64,000 nt of DNA from Candidatus Versatilivorator sp. (GCA_965207735.1 OZ242296.1:4128001-4192000), one strand, 5' to 3'. Positions 1 through 9,755 are shown, counted from the first letter of the stretch. The notes: generated by a model not told the origin, from the letters alone. Translations and numbers: made by a program.

Positions 1-85
1 GATCGGCGAGCATTGCCGGAACCTCCACAATCAAGTCATGGCCGCTTACATCGACTACAGTGTCGACGACGCCCCCGTGCACTAA
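1..85 (+). CDS. 3' end of a probable alpha-E superfamily (DUF403) protein, truncated by the window edge
   Basis: Frame 2 reads IGEHCRNLHNQVMAAYIDYSVDDAPVH*, resembling alpha-E C-termini. It ends 4 nt before the transglutaminase ATG, the usual alpha-E/transglutaminase gene order. Confidence 0.55.
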   Translation, partial: IGEHCRNLHNQVMAAYIDYSVDDAPVH

Positions 86-89
86 TTCC

Positions 90-1016
90 ATGGCTGAAGC
101 CGTCCACTACGACATTGAGCACCTCTCCCGCTACCGCTACAACCGCAGTCCAAAGCAGTGCGTGATGATGCTCTGTCTGAAACCTCGAGACGACCGGGGG
201 CAGCGAGTTCTGAACTTTGAAATCGAAACCGACCCGGCCGTTATACTGACCTCCGAGCAGGATTGTTACGGCAATACGCGACACGTCTTCAATCTCAACA
301 GAGAGCATCAGGTTCTGGAGATCACCGCGCGGTCCACGGTCTCCCCGGCCCCCTTCGGTCCCCTGCCCCACTCCCTTGGCGCAGGCGCCTGGAACGAGAT
401 CCAGTCGTGGAAGAACTCCTTCGCTCTCTGGGACTTTATCTACCCAAGCGTTCTGACTCGACCGTCATCCTTTCTTGACGAATTCGTCGACCGGCACGAC
501 ATCCGGCCCGGGAACGATCCTCTGGAGGGGCTGATGCGACTCTCGGACACGCTGCACGGCTGCTTCCGTTATACTCCCGGAAGCACCTCGGTGATGTCCT
601 CCATCGAGCACATCCTGAAATCCGGCAGCGGCGTCTGTCAGGACTACGCCCACACCATGATTGCCATCGCACGCTCCTGGAGCATTCCTGCCCGCTATGT
701 CTCGGGCTATCTGCACCTCGCCGGTCTGGATGGCGAGCAGGCGCCGGCAAACGCCACCCACGCCTGGGTCGAGTGCCTGCTTCCGGGACTCGGCTGGGTG
801 GGATTCGACCCTACCAATCGGTGCCTGGCAGACGAGCGTCATGTGCGCATTGCCGTAGGACGCGACTACAGAGATGTTTCGCCTACCCGCGGAGTCCTGC
901 GAGGGGGCGAGAACGCCGGTATAGAGGTTGCCGTCAAGGTGAACGCCCGTGCAAATCCCCAAACCACACCGGAAGAGGTCATCGTGGACAGGGGCGGTGT
1001 CCTGTCTCGGAAATAG
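90..1016 (+). CDS. Transglutaminase-like protein (bacterial transglutaminase N-terminal domain + core)
   Basis: N-terminal YDIEHLSRYRY; catalytic motifs GVCQD, HAWVE and GFDPTN; GRDYRDVSP. ATG at 90 chosen over the ORF-track start at 60. Confidence 0.92.
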   Translation: MAEAVHYDIEHLSRYRYNRSPKQCVMMLCLKPRDDRGQRVLNFEIETDPAVILTSEQDCYGNTRHVFNLNREHQVLEITARSTVSPAPFGPLPHSLGAGAWNEIQSWKNSFALWDFIYPSVLTRPSSFLDEFVDRHDIRPGNDPLEGLMRLSDTLHGCFRYTPGSTSVMSSIEHILKSGSGVCQDYAHTMIAIARSWSIPARYVSGYLHLAGLDGEQAPANATHAWVECLLPGLGWVGFDPTNRCLADERHVRIAVGRDYRDVSPTRGVLRGGENAGIEVAVKVNARANPQTTPEEVIVDRGGVLSRK

Positions 1017-1182
1017 GGTTGCCAAATTTCGGAGAGCAGGGTGCCGGAAACATGGATTTTCCGTTCGAGTACTCTGGTAAGCCCATTTTTGCTACACTAG
1101 AGCGTTCTTTGTGAGCAGCTAACTATAATGCGGGTGTCACGGCCAACCGGAGGTTGAACCTGACATCAAGGAGACGAGGCCG

Positions 1183-1518
1183 ATGGAGATTAGTACGGAG
1201 CGGGAAGGTACGCTCCTGGTTGCAAGGGCGGGAGGTCGCCTCGACAGTATCAATGCACGAGAGTTCGACGATGCCTTGAAATCCGCGATCAGCGAAAGCG
1301 ACCAGGTTTTGATTATGGATCTGGAGCAAGTCTCGTACGTCAGCAGCGCGGGCCTTAGGGTGATTCTGCTGACCGCCAAGACCCTCCAGCAAAGGAGCGC
1401 GAAGCTGCTGATCTGCTCGCTCGCGGAGCCAATTCGGGAGGTCTTCGAAATCAGTGGCTTCGACAAGATCATCCCGATACATGCAGATCTGGCCGCGGCA
1501 AAAGCCTCTATGGGCTAA
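1183..1518 (+). CDS. STAS-domain anti-sigma factor antagonist (RsbV/SpoIIAA-like)
   Basis: GRLDS and DLEQVSYVSSAGLRV phosphoacceptor motif; EVFEISGF; RBS AAGGAG upstream. Confidence 0.92.
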   Translation: MEISTEREGTLLVARAGGRLDSINAREFDDALKSAISESDQVLIMDLEQVSYVSSAGLRVILLTAKTLQQRSAKLLICSLAEPIREVFEISGFDKIIPIHADLAAAKASMG

Positions 1519-1685
1519 TGGCGATCGCCTTTCCGGCGGTCTGGCGGGGACGACTTCCCTTTTGACCGGGGTGATTTCGACCGGACCATGGTGCGCGAGG
1601 CAGTGCTTCCTCCCAAAATTGGTAGTCCGGCATTTGCAAGCAAGTTAGGCGTTTCGGGTAGAGCCATGGGATCCCCGGTAGGGGG

Positions 1686-2864
1686 ATGGACCAACAGATG
1701 AGTTGGAAATACAAGATACTGGTCGTGGACGATGAGCCTGATCTCGAACGGCTCATGCTGCAGCGAATGCGTCGCGATATTCGCGCCGGCCTCTACAAGT
1801 TCGTCTTTGCCCACAATGGCGTGGAAGCCCTCGACCTGCTGAAGGAACAGCCGGACATCGACCTGGTGCTCTCCGACATCAATATGCCCAAGATGGACGG
1901 ACTGACACTGATCGAGCAGATCCCCAAGGTCCAACCCGATATCCGCTCGGTGATCATCTCGGCCTATGGCGACATGAAAAACATCCGCACGGCGATGAAC
2001 CGGGGCGCCTTCGACTTTGTCACCAAGCCGATTGACTTCGACGACCTGAAACTCACCATCTCGCGCACCCTTCAGCACCTTGTCGAATGGCGCGAAGCTC
2101 TTGAATCGCGCGACAAGCTGGTGGCTTTGCAAAACGAGCTCGGCGTCGCCAGCAAGATACAGCAGTCCATCCTGCCCACCCGTTTCCCCGAAAGGCCCGG
2201 CTGCCGCATCTTCGCCAACATGAAGCCTGCCCGCAACGTGGGAGGGGACTTCTTCGACGTCATCCACCTCGCGGACGGCCGAATCGGCATCGCCATCGCC
2301 GACGTATCGGACAAGGGGGTTCCCGCCGCGCTCTTTATGATGTCCTGCCGCACGTTGATCAAGGGTGCGGCCATCGGCAAAACCGATCCCGGAGAAGTGC
2401 TGCACGAGGTGAACCAGTTGCTGCAGGAGGACAACGACGCCTCCATGTTCGTGACTGTTTTCTATGGCGTCTACGACCCCGACAGCCGGCGATTCCACTA
2501 TGCCAACGGAGGGCACAATTCTCCTCTGGTTGTGCATGCGGACGGAACCTCCGCCGAGTTGCCCCTGACCGGAGGCATCGCTCTGGGGTTGTTGCCTGAT
2601 CTCAACTACGATAACAAGACCGTGACCCTCGTTCCCGGGGACTTGATCGTTCTGTACACCGACGGTGTCACCGAGGCCTTCGACGAACAGGGGAACCAGT
2701 TCGGCGCCCAGCGCCTGCAAGAGGTCTTTGCAGGGGCTGAGCCGACAGATGTCAAAGTAGCCAACCGTTCCGTTTTCGAAGCCGTAGAGAAATTCGCCGG
2801 CGACACCCCGCAGTCCGACGACATCACTTGCGTGACACTCCTGCACGGTAGCGACGGCGGCTAA
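1686..2864 (+). CDS. Response regulator receiver fused to SpoIIE/PP2C phosphatase (RsbU/RsbY-like)
   Basis: REC motifs VVDDE, SDINMP, TKP; PP2C motifs VGGDF, IADVSDKG, ANGGH, YTDGVTEA, SDDIT. Confidence 0.93.
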   Translation: MDQQMSWKYKILVVDDEPDLERLMLQRMRRDIRAGLYKFVFAHNGVEALDLLKEQPDIDLVLSDINMPKMDGLTLIEQIPKVQPDIRSVIISAYGDMKNIRTAMNRGAFDFVTKPIDFDDLKLTISRTLQHLVEWREALESRDKLVALQNELGVASKIQQSILPTRFPERPGCRIFANMKPARNVGGDFFDVIHLADGRIGIAIADVSDKGVPAALFMMSCRTLIKGAAIGKTDPGEVLHEVNQLLQEDNDASMFVTVFYGVYDPDSRRFHYANGGHNSPLVVHADGTSAELPLTGGIALGLLPDLNYDNKTVTLVPGDLIVLYTDGVTEAFDEQGNQFGAQRLQEVFAGAEPTDVKVANRSVFEAVEKFAGDTPQSDDITCVTLLHGSDGG

Positions 2865-2869
2865 TTCCG

Positions 2870-3277
2870 ATGCTTTCTTTGTGTCTCGAATCCCGACTCG
2901 AGGAGTTGCAACGACTCGAAGCGGCCGTTGAGGATCTTGGGGAGCAGGAGCAGTGGCCCCCAAACCTCCTCTACCAGGTCAAACTGGTTCTGGAGGAGGT
3001 GATCGTCAACATCATCAACTACGGCTACGAGGGAGGGGGGCACAAGATCGACGTCCACCTGATCTCCGAACCGGACATCCTCACCATTAAAATTGCCGAC
3101 GACGGCCGCGCCTTCGATCCACTGAGCCAGGCCCCGACACCCGATGTGGACGCCAACCTCGAAGACCGTCCCATCGGCGGGTTGGGCGTTTACCTGGTGC
3201 AAACCCTGATGGATGAAGCCCGTTACCGTCGGGAACAGGACAGAAATCATCTGACATTGGTCAAGCGGAGGGACTGA
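2870..3277 (+). CDS. Anti-sigma factor Ser/Thr kinase (RsbW-like HATPase)
   Basis: LEEVIVNIINYG, DDGRAFDP and RPIGGLG motifs. Confidence 0.92.
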   Translation: MLSLCLESRLEELQRLEAAVEDLGEQEQWPPNLLYQVKLVLEEVIVNIINYGYEGGGHKIDVHLISEPDILTIKIADDGRAFDPLSQAPTPDVDANLEDRPIGGLGVYLVQTLMDEARYRREQDRNHLTLVKRRD

Positions 3278-4464
3278 TGAGTCCGGCGCGCCGGATAGCG
3301 GCAGCGCTGCTGCTCGCCTTCGGCTCTCTATTCTGTTGGCAAACCGCGGGCTTGGCGCAAGAGGTTGGCGTCTATGAGAATCGTATCCTCTTTGGACAAT
3401 CGGCTGCCTTCACCGGACCCGCTCGAGAGCTGGGGCGGAACATGCGTCTGGGAATCAAAGCGGCCTTTCACGAGGCCAATGCGCGAGGCGGCGTTCACGA
3501 GCGGCAGCTGGAACTGCAAAGCCTCGACGATGCCTATGAGCCCGAAGCAGCCATTGACAACACCCACCAACTGATCCACACCCACAAGGTCTTCGCCCTC
3601 ATCGGAGCCGTGGGCACGCCGACCTCGCGCGCATCCACCCCCGTGGCCGCCAGCGCCGGAGTTCCATACATCGCGCCCTTCACCGGCGCCGCCTTCCTGA
3701 GGGAAAAAGAGTGGAAAAACGTCATCAACCTGCGGGCCTCCTACCGTCAGGAGATCGATACCATGGTCTCCCACTTGACCGACAAACTTGGCATCGACCG
3801 CATCGGCGTGATGTATCAGGACGATTCGTTCGGCCGTGACACCTACCGCAGTTTGAGACGCTCCCTGGGAAGACGTCAGCTCAAGCCGGTATCGGTGGGG
3901 GTATATCAGCGCAACACCACCGCCGTGAAGACGCCTCTTCTCGACCTGCGCGCCGAAAATCCCGGCGCGGTGATTCTCATCGGGGCCTACAAGCCGGTCG
4001 CCTCCCTGATCGCATGGGCACGCCACACCCGAATGAACGCGGTCTTCATGGCGCTCTCCTTCGTGGGGAGCAACGCCTTGTCCGAAGCGCTCGGTCCCGC
4101 CGGCGTCGGGGTATTCGTGACCCAGGTGGTTCCTCCGCCAACCGATACCACCTACCCCATCACCGCCAACTACAACCGCGCCCTGTGGGCCTTCGACTCG
4201 GACGCCACTCCCGGATTTGTCTCGTTCGAAGGCTACCTGGCCGGCCGCCTGGCCATCGCGGCCCTGGAACGTTGCGGCCGGGAGGTGGACCGAGCCGGCT
4301 TTCTCGACAGCCTGCGTCTCTCCGAACCCATCGATCTGGACGGGTTCGAGCTCCGCTTCGGTGACAGCGACAACCAGGGCTCCGATTCCGTATTCCTGAC
4401 CAGGATCGGCCGCGACGGTTACTATCACCCCATCGAGACGCTACGCATCGGGGTTCGACCGTGA
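3277..4464 (+). CDS. Periplasmic substrate-binding protein (type 1, branched-chain amino acid/LivJ-like family)
   Basis: Signal peptide; FGQSAAFTGP, DDAYEP, VGTPT and RASY motifs; overlaps both neighbours (translational coupling). Confidence 0.88.
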   Translation: MSPARRIAAALLLAFGSLFCWQTAGLAQEVGVYENRILFGQSAAFTGPARELGRNMRLGIKAAFHEANARGGVHERQLELQSLDDAYEPEAAIDNTHQLIHTHKVFALIGAVGTPTSRASTPVAASAGVPYIAPFTGAAFLREKEWKNVINLRASYRQEIDTMVSHLTDKLGIDRIGVMYQDDSFGRDTYRSLRRSLGRRQLKPVSVGVYQRNTTAVKTPLLDLRAENPGAVILIGAYKPVASLIAWARHTRMNAVFMALSFVGSNALSEALGPAGVGVFVTQVVPPPTDTTYPITANYNRALWAFDSDATPGFVSFEGYLAGRLAIAALERCGREVDRAGFLDSLRLSEPIDLDGFELRFGDSDNQGSDSVFLTRIGRDGYYHPIETLRIGVRP

Positions 4465-6923
4465 TCGACCGGCTGCGACGCCTGCTGAAGAACCGATTCC
4501 GCTCCGGGGAATCAAAGCGCCCTGCCGGCAAGACCGATACCCGAACAGGTCAGTCAATCGCGGCTGTCGGCGCCGGCCTGCTGCAGCAACTGATCGAGAG
4601 CCGATTCCTGACCGCGATTTTGAGCCCTTTGTCCCGCCTGATCGGGACCGAGAGGCTTCAACGCAATCGCGGGCTGGCGGTGGAGCTGCTGCAGCGGCTG
4701 CGTGAAGGTCGAATCGGGCTGGGAATGCAGCTCTATATAGGGATCGGCGGCGCTGTGGTCATCACCCTGTCGGCGAGCCTGGTGGCCTGGTTCTCCTTCA
4801 ATCAGGTGGGAGATTCCCAGAATCGAGTCAACGAGGACAGTATCCCGGAAATGACGGCCGCCTTCGGTGTGGCGCGCCAGGCCGGCACCCTGGTGGCGGC
4901 GGCCCCGCGCCTGGTGACCGCCGCAACTCCGGTCGATTTCACCAGTGTCGCTGCCGCGGTTGCCAAGGAGCAAACGGACTTCGAGACACGCCTTCAAGCC
5001 CTGACCCCCCGGGAGGGTGAAGAAGAAACGGTCTCACGCATTCTGGCCCATGGGAGTGAAATTATCTCCAACATCGGGGCCATTCGGGATTCGGTATCCC
5101 AGTCTTTCTTGCTGAGCCGGCAAAGCGAAGAGCTGCTCACGAAGCTGGAAACCCTGCAGGATGAACTGACCCGCATCCTGGTGCCCGCCATCGATGACCA
5201 TCTCTTCTATGCGCTGACCGGCTACCGAAACCTCGGCCAACGGCCGACCTCCCCGGGACGGCACTTCTCGAAGTCCGAGTTCAACCGCTACCGCTACATG
5301 ATTGAATTGCAGGCACATGCGACCACTGCGACCCAGCTTCTTGCCGGTGTCACCAATCTGACGGAAATCCCCGTGATCGAACCCGTTCGGGAGCGTTTCG
5401 AGTCCGCCCGCGACGGTATCGGGCGCAGCCTTGTGGCTCTCGGAAGCGCTCCGTTGCGGGACAGGATCACCCCGGTTTTCGACCAACTGCTGGACTTGGG
5501 GCTGGGGGAACAGAATGGATTCGATCTCCGAGCCGAGGAGCTGGGTCTCGCCAACAGGCAGCGGGATCTGCTGGAGCGCAATCGTAAACTCTCCGTCGAC
5601 CTGGTGGCTGAAGTCGAAGGGATGGTAGGTTCGGCCAGTGCGCGAGCCCAGGATGCGGCTCTCTCTTCCACGCAAGCCATCCTCACCGGACGCAGACTGC
5701 TTCTGGTCCTGAACCTGGTCAGTATCAGCGGGGCCGTGCTGATCGGTTGGCTGTTTGTCGGGCGGATTCTGTTGCGCCGCCTCAAGAACCTGTCCGATCG
5801 CATGCGCGGCATGGCCGGAGGCGATCTGGAGGCCCAGGTGGAGATCAGCGGGCGCGATGAGGTCGCCGAGATGGCGGCAGCTCTGGAGGTATTTCGACGT
5901 CACGCCCTGGAGGTTCAGCGTTTGAACCTGGTCGAGAAGCTGGCCGAAGAACTGAAGGGAAAGAACTCTCAGCTCGAAAAAGCCATGGACGATCTGCGCA
6001 AGGCTCAGGATCAGATCGTCATGCGCGACAAACTGGCGGAACTCGGCCAACTTACCGCGGGCGTCGCCCACGAGATCAAGAATCCGCTCAATTTCGTCAA
6101 GAACTTCTCGGAAGTCTCAGAGGAATTGATGGAGGAACTGGGGGAGGTCCTCACCGACAACCAGGAGAAGCTGAGCAAGGACGACCGGGAGTTGATCGAG
6201 GAGATTTCCGGAGATCTGACCGGCAATCTCAAGAGCATCCGCCACCACGGCGACCGCGCCAACCGGGTGATACACGACATGCTGTCGATGGGACGAGGTT
6301 CGGGTGAGCGGCAACCGACCGACATCAACGGCCTGCTCGATCAAAGCACTCGACTGGCCTACCACAGCGCCCGGGCCACCGACAAGTCGTTCAACCTGGA
6401 CATCAAGCAGGATCTGGACCCCCGGATTGAAACCATCGACGTCGTCTCTCAGGACGTGGGACGGGTCTTCCTCAACCTGGTCAGCAACGCCTGCTATGCC
6501 ACCGATGAGAAACGGCGTTCCCTGGGGACGGACGGTGGAGAACAGGCCGATGGGGATGGCGAATACAGTCCGACCCTGTGGCTCAGCACCAAGCGCCTGG
6601 AGGACCGGATCGAAATTCGCGTGCGGGACAACGGGAGCGGCATTCCCGCCGATGTCGTCGAGAAGATCTTCAACCCGTTCTTCACCACCAAGCCCACCAA
6701 CGAGGGAACCGGGCTCGGGTTGGCACTGTCCAACGACATCGTGCGAGAGCATGGAGGGGCCATCAAGGTGGAGACCGAACCCGGCAGCTTCACCGAGATG
6801 TTGGTCGAATTGCCCCTGGAATCCCCCGCGGCAATGGCCGAACAAGAAGACGCGGACGATGAGGACGATGAGCCGGTGCTTTCCGCCGGTGAATCGGACA
6901 AGCTCGATTCCAGGGGCTCGTGA
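4461..6923 (+). CDS. Sensor histidine kinase with large TorS-like periplasmic helical sensor, HAMP, HisKA and HATPase domains
   Basis: Two TM segments flanking about 300 aa of helical sequence; HAMP (GDLEAQVEISGRDEVAEMA); H-box AHEIKNPL; N-box NLVSNA; DNGSG, FFTTK, GTGLGL; no receiver domain. Confidence 0.9.
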   Translation: MIDRLRRLLKNRFRSGESKRPAGKTDTRTGQSIAAVGAGLLQQLIESRFLTAILSPLSRLIGTERLQRNRGLAVELLQRLREGRIGLGMQLYIGIGGAVVITLSASLVAWFSFNQVGDSQNRVNEDSIPEMTAAFGVARQAGTLVAAAPRLVTAATPVDFTSVAAAVAKEQTDFETRLQALTPREGEEETVSRILAHGSEIISNIGAIRDSVSQSFLLSRQSEELLTKLETLQDELTRILVPAIDDHLFYALTGYRNLGQRPTSPGRHFSKSEFNRYRYMIELQAHATTATQLLAGVTNLTEIPVIEPVRERFESARDGIGRSLVALGSAPLRDRITPVFDQLLDLGLGEQNGFDLRAEELGLANRQRDLLERNRKLSVDLVAEVEGMVGSASARAQDAALSSTQAILTGRRLLLVLNLVSISGAVLIGWLFVGRILLRRLKNLSDRMRGMAGGDLEAQVEISGRDEVAEMAAALEVFRRHALEVQRLNLVEKLAEELKGKNSQLEKAMDDLRKAQDQIVMRDKLAELGQLTAGVAHEIKNPLNFVKNFSEVSEELMEELGEVLTDNQEKLSKDDRELIEEISGDLTGNLKSIRHHGDRANRVIHDMLSMGRGSGERQPTDINGLLDQSTRLAYHSARATDKSFNLDIKQDLDPRIETIDVVSQDVGRVFLNLVSNACYATDEKRRSLGTDGGEQADGDGEYSPTLWLSTKRLEDRIEIRVRDNGSGIPADVVEKIFNPFFTTKPTNEGTGLGLALSNDIVREHGGAIKVETEPGSFTEMLVELPLESPAAMAEQEDADDEDDEPVLSAGESDKLDSRGS

Positions 6924-7037
6924 GCCGGCGTTAGCCGTCGCATGCCCAGGACGGCATCGATCCGAGACGAGGCCTTCAGTTAATCGCCAGACCGTCGTTC
7001 GTTTGACCTCCAAGGTGGGGACTCCCCGAGCTCCCAT

Positions 7038-8474
7038 GTGAGAGAAACAGGAATTACCGAGCCGATGGCTCTCTGCCAAGCGTCACATCAGGTCTCGATC
7101 GACCCTCCAAGGCGGCCCCCCCGGGGGAATGGCTCCGCCCCACTAAAGCGGGCGGTCCTTGCCGGACTGATCTGGATCCTGTCGGCCCCCGTCGCTTTCG
7201 GTCAAGGCGGCGCCCCCAAGCGGGACGAAACTCCCGGCACGCTGCAGAGCGGTCTGGGGGACGAACTGCCGGGCTGGCTCTCCTTGTCCGGCGAGTTCCG
7301 CTTCCGCTTCGAAAACCCACAGGGGCTGGGCTATAGCGAGGACAGCGACGACGGCTACGGACTGACGCGGACCCGTCTGGATCTGGGGGTCCGGCCGGTC
7401 GCCTGGCTGAACTTCGGGATTCAGGCACAGGACTCCAGGGCCCCGGGGATCCGGCCGGCCCTTTCCGACTCCGGAGCCGTCCGGGATCCGTTCGACTTGC
7501 GCCAGGCCTACGCCGAGATCGGCGCCAGTCGGTCCCCGGCGTCACTGAAGGTGGGCAGGCAGGCGCTGATCTACGGCGACTCGCGCCTGATCGGAGCTCC
7601 GAACTGGTCCAACACCTCCCGCGTCTTCGACGCCGTAAGGCTGCAGATGCGGGGATCGGGCGCCAAGCTCGACCTTTTCTCGGCCTCGGTGGTGCGCAAC
7701 GACCCCAACCGCCGCTTGAACCGATCGGTCGAGGGAGAATACCTGCACGGCCTCTACGGCTCCCTGGAGAACGTCATCCCGGGATCCACTCTCGAACCCT
7801 ACCTGCTCTGGCAGACGAAGTCCTCGGTAGTCAACGAGCTGAACGCACCCGGAGATCTGGACCGTTATACCCTGGGCTTCAGGGCTTGGGGCAAGGGACT
7901 TGGGCCCTGGGACTACAACGCCGCCCTGGTCCGCCAGTGGGGGCAGGTGGCGGGGTCGGATATCCAGGCCTGGGCCTATTACGGAGAACTGGGCTATTCG
8001 ATCGAGGCCAGACTGAACCCACGCCTCTATATCCACTACAACTTCGGATCGGGCGACAAGGACCCCGAAGACGGCCGATTCGGGGGCTTCGTGAACCTCT
8101 ATCCCACCACCGCCTTTTTGTACGGCCGCGCCAACCGGGTCGGCTGGCGCAACCACAAGGGTCTGCGCCTGGGGAGCGAGTTCAAGCCGCACTCCAAGCT
8201 GACGCTACTATTGGAATTCCACTCCTTCTGGCTGGCCTCCAAGACCGATGCCCTCTACAGCGCGGGCGGGCAAGTGTCGGTGGCCCCGCCCCCCGGAGGC
8301 GCCCGGGACGCAAAGGTCGGCAACGAAGTCGACGCCGTCTTCACCGTGCCGGTAACAGACAACTTCAGCCTGGGAGCCGGCCTCGCACACATGCTTCCCG
8401 GCCCCTTTGTCAAGGCCAATACCCCCGGCCACCCATTCACTTACGCCTACCTGTTCACCAGCTACAAGTTCTGA
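7038..8474 (+). CDS. Alginate export family outer-membrane beta-barrel protein
   Basis: SGEFRFRFE, LRQAY, KVGRQ, YGDSRLIG and FDAVR motifs; signal-like N-terminus; C-terminal YKF. Start codon uncertain. Confidence 0.82.
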   Translation: MRETGITEPMALCQASHQVSIDPPRRPPRGNGSAPLKRAVLAGLIWILSAPVAFGQGGAPKRDETPGTLQSGLGDELPGWLSLSGEFRFRFENPQGLGYSEDSDDGYGLTRTRLDLGVRPVAWLNFGIQAQDSRAPGIRPALSDSGAVRDPFDLRQAYAEIGASRSPASLKVGRQALIYGDSRLIGAPNWSNTSRVFDAVRLQMRGSGAKLDLFSASVVRNDPNRRLNRSVEGEYLHGLYGSLENVIPGSTLEPYLLWQTKSSVVNELNAPGDLDRYTLGFRAWGKGLGPWDYNAALVRQWGQVAGSDIQAWAYYGELGYSIEARLNPRLYIHYNFGSGDKDPEDGRFGGFVNLYPTTAFLYGRANRVGWRNHKGLRLGSEFKPHSKLTLLLEFHSFWLASKTDALYSAGGQVSVAPPPGGARDAKVGNEVDAVFTVPVTDNFSLGAGLAHMLPGPFVKANTPGHPFTYAYLFTSYKF

Positions 8475-8487
8475 GCGGGAGGGGGAA

Positions 8488-8961
8488 CTACCAGCCGCCC
8501 CGGTCCGGCTCCCGGAAGGCATCCTTGATGACGAACACCTCCGGATCCTGCCAGCTCCCTTGTATGCCGACGATGTCGAAACGCCAAGCCGCTGCCTGGC
8601 GACGAAGGCCCCGGCGATAGTCGGCGGCTGCACGGCAGATCTGGCGCTGCTTGAAACGGTCCACCGCTTCCTCGGGTCCGCCGTATAGACGATTCCTGCG
8701 ATATTTCACCTCGATGAATGCCAGGATGTCTCCGTCCCAACCGATGAGATCGATCTCCCCGGAGCGGCTGCGGTAGCGGTGGGCCACAATTCGATAGCCT
8801 TGCCGCTTGAGGAAGGCATAGGCGAGCAACTCTCCTTTCATGCCCGTTTCCGAGGTGTTGGGCCGGCCTGGTTTCCGGGCCCGGCCGAAGCGGCCTCCGG
8901 ACAGCCATCGCCATCCCTTTTCAAGCCAGGTGGAACGCATTCCTCCCCCTTCCGGGCCCAA
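8488..8961 (-). CDS. yraN: YraN family (UPF0102) predicted endonuclease
   Basis: GE..A..FL...GY, GEIDLI, FIEVKYR and RFDIV motifs. Confidence 0.92.
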   Translation of the reverse strand: MGPEGGGMRSTWLEKGWRWLSGGRFGRARKPGRPNTSETGMKGELLAYAFLKRQGYRIVAHRYRSRSGEIDLIGWDGDILAFIEVKYRRNRLYGGPEEAVDRFKQRQICRAAADYRRGLRRQAAAWRFDIVGIQGSWQDPEVFVIKDAFREPDRGGW

Positions 8962-9092
8962 CGGCCCAACCGGATCGTTTGAGAACCGTCAACAGGTTGT
9001 GGAGGGAGAGATGCCGGTGGGGAAGCACTCCGGCAATGTGGCGAGAGAGCCCTGCTATCTTATCCTAGAAACCGCTCACGCTCACGGATGGC

Positions 9093-9170
9093 TGCTGTCG
9101 CCGGCTACGCGGCTCAACTCTTAAGCCAACCCGATCCATGGGCTGACGCCCACGGCTAAGTGCTACCGCC
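9093..9170. repeat. REP-like palindromic unit
   Basis: Contains TGTCGCCGGCTACGCGGCT and the hairpin CCATGGGCTGACGCCCACGG in the yraN-cysS intergenic region. Confidence 0.45.
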
Positions 9171-9281
9171 ACCTTGGCGGCTGTGGGGCTGGGCTCGCGG
9201 ACAAACGGGAGTTTTCCAGAAGGCGACCGTCGGCTTTCAGAGAATTCGCCCGCCGGATGCCCTCCATCGCACCATCGGGAC

Positions 9282-9444
9282 GCCCCCCCCGGGAGCGCGG
9301 GCGTCTCGCCCGCACAGGACTTGGCACCATTGTAACGATCCCCACAATGGCCGGTTTGGTGCACTGTGCGAGGAAGTGGCCCTGCATCGCAGGCTGTTTG
9401 CACGAATAAGGTTGCGGGCGGGACGCCCGCGCTCCCGGGGGGGC
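9282..9444. repeat. REP-like inverted repeat pair (about 33-bp arms)
   Basis: GCCCCCCCCGGGAGCGCGGGCGTCTCGCCCGCA (9282-9314) and its near-perfect reverse complement at 9413-9444. Confidence 0.8.
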
Positions 9445-9528
9445 ATTCTCCCATGACGCCGTGACACCTACGTCACAATATTGCAGAAGCACCCGGGCGC
9501 CGCTCGTCATTGACCGAGCTCCATCCCT

Positions 9529-9679
9529 ATTCGTCCCCATTCGTGTTCATTGGTGGTTCGTCTTCATTTCCAAAACCAAAACGGCTGGCTGTTTATCCTG
9601 TCTATCCTGTGCATCCATGTTCAATCAGTAGAAAACCGGTTTTGCACGACATGGCCCCTATTCCCGACAGGACATGAAG
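9529..9679. repeat. Dispersed repeat fragments: ATTCGT triplet array plus a copy of the 34036-34125 element end
   Basis: ATTCGTCCCC-ATTCGTGTTC-ATTGGTGGTTC at 9529-9559. GTTTATCCTGTCTATCCTGTGCATCCATGTTCAATCAG...TTCCCGACAGGACATG at 9591-9679 aligns with 34036-34125. Confidence 0.8.
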
Positions 9680-9755
9680 ATTCGTTGTTTTACTCTCGTA
9701 CGATCCGGCCCGTCGTCTGGGGCGGGGGCATTGCCATCCTGCGGCGGGATCGGTC

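Noticed and set aside
4461-4720. Weak internal similarity in the kinase N-terminal extension (LLQQLIESR / LLQRLREGR)
   Set aside because: Too short to distinguish from helical compositional bias, and the start codon is uncertain.
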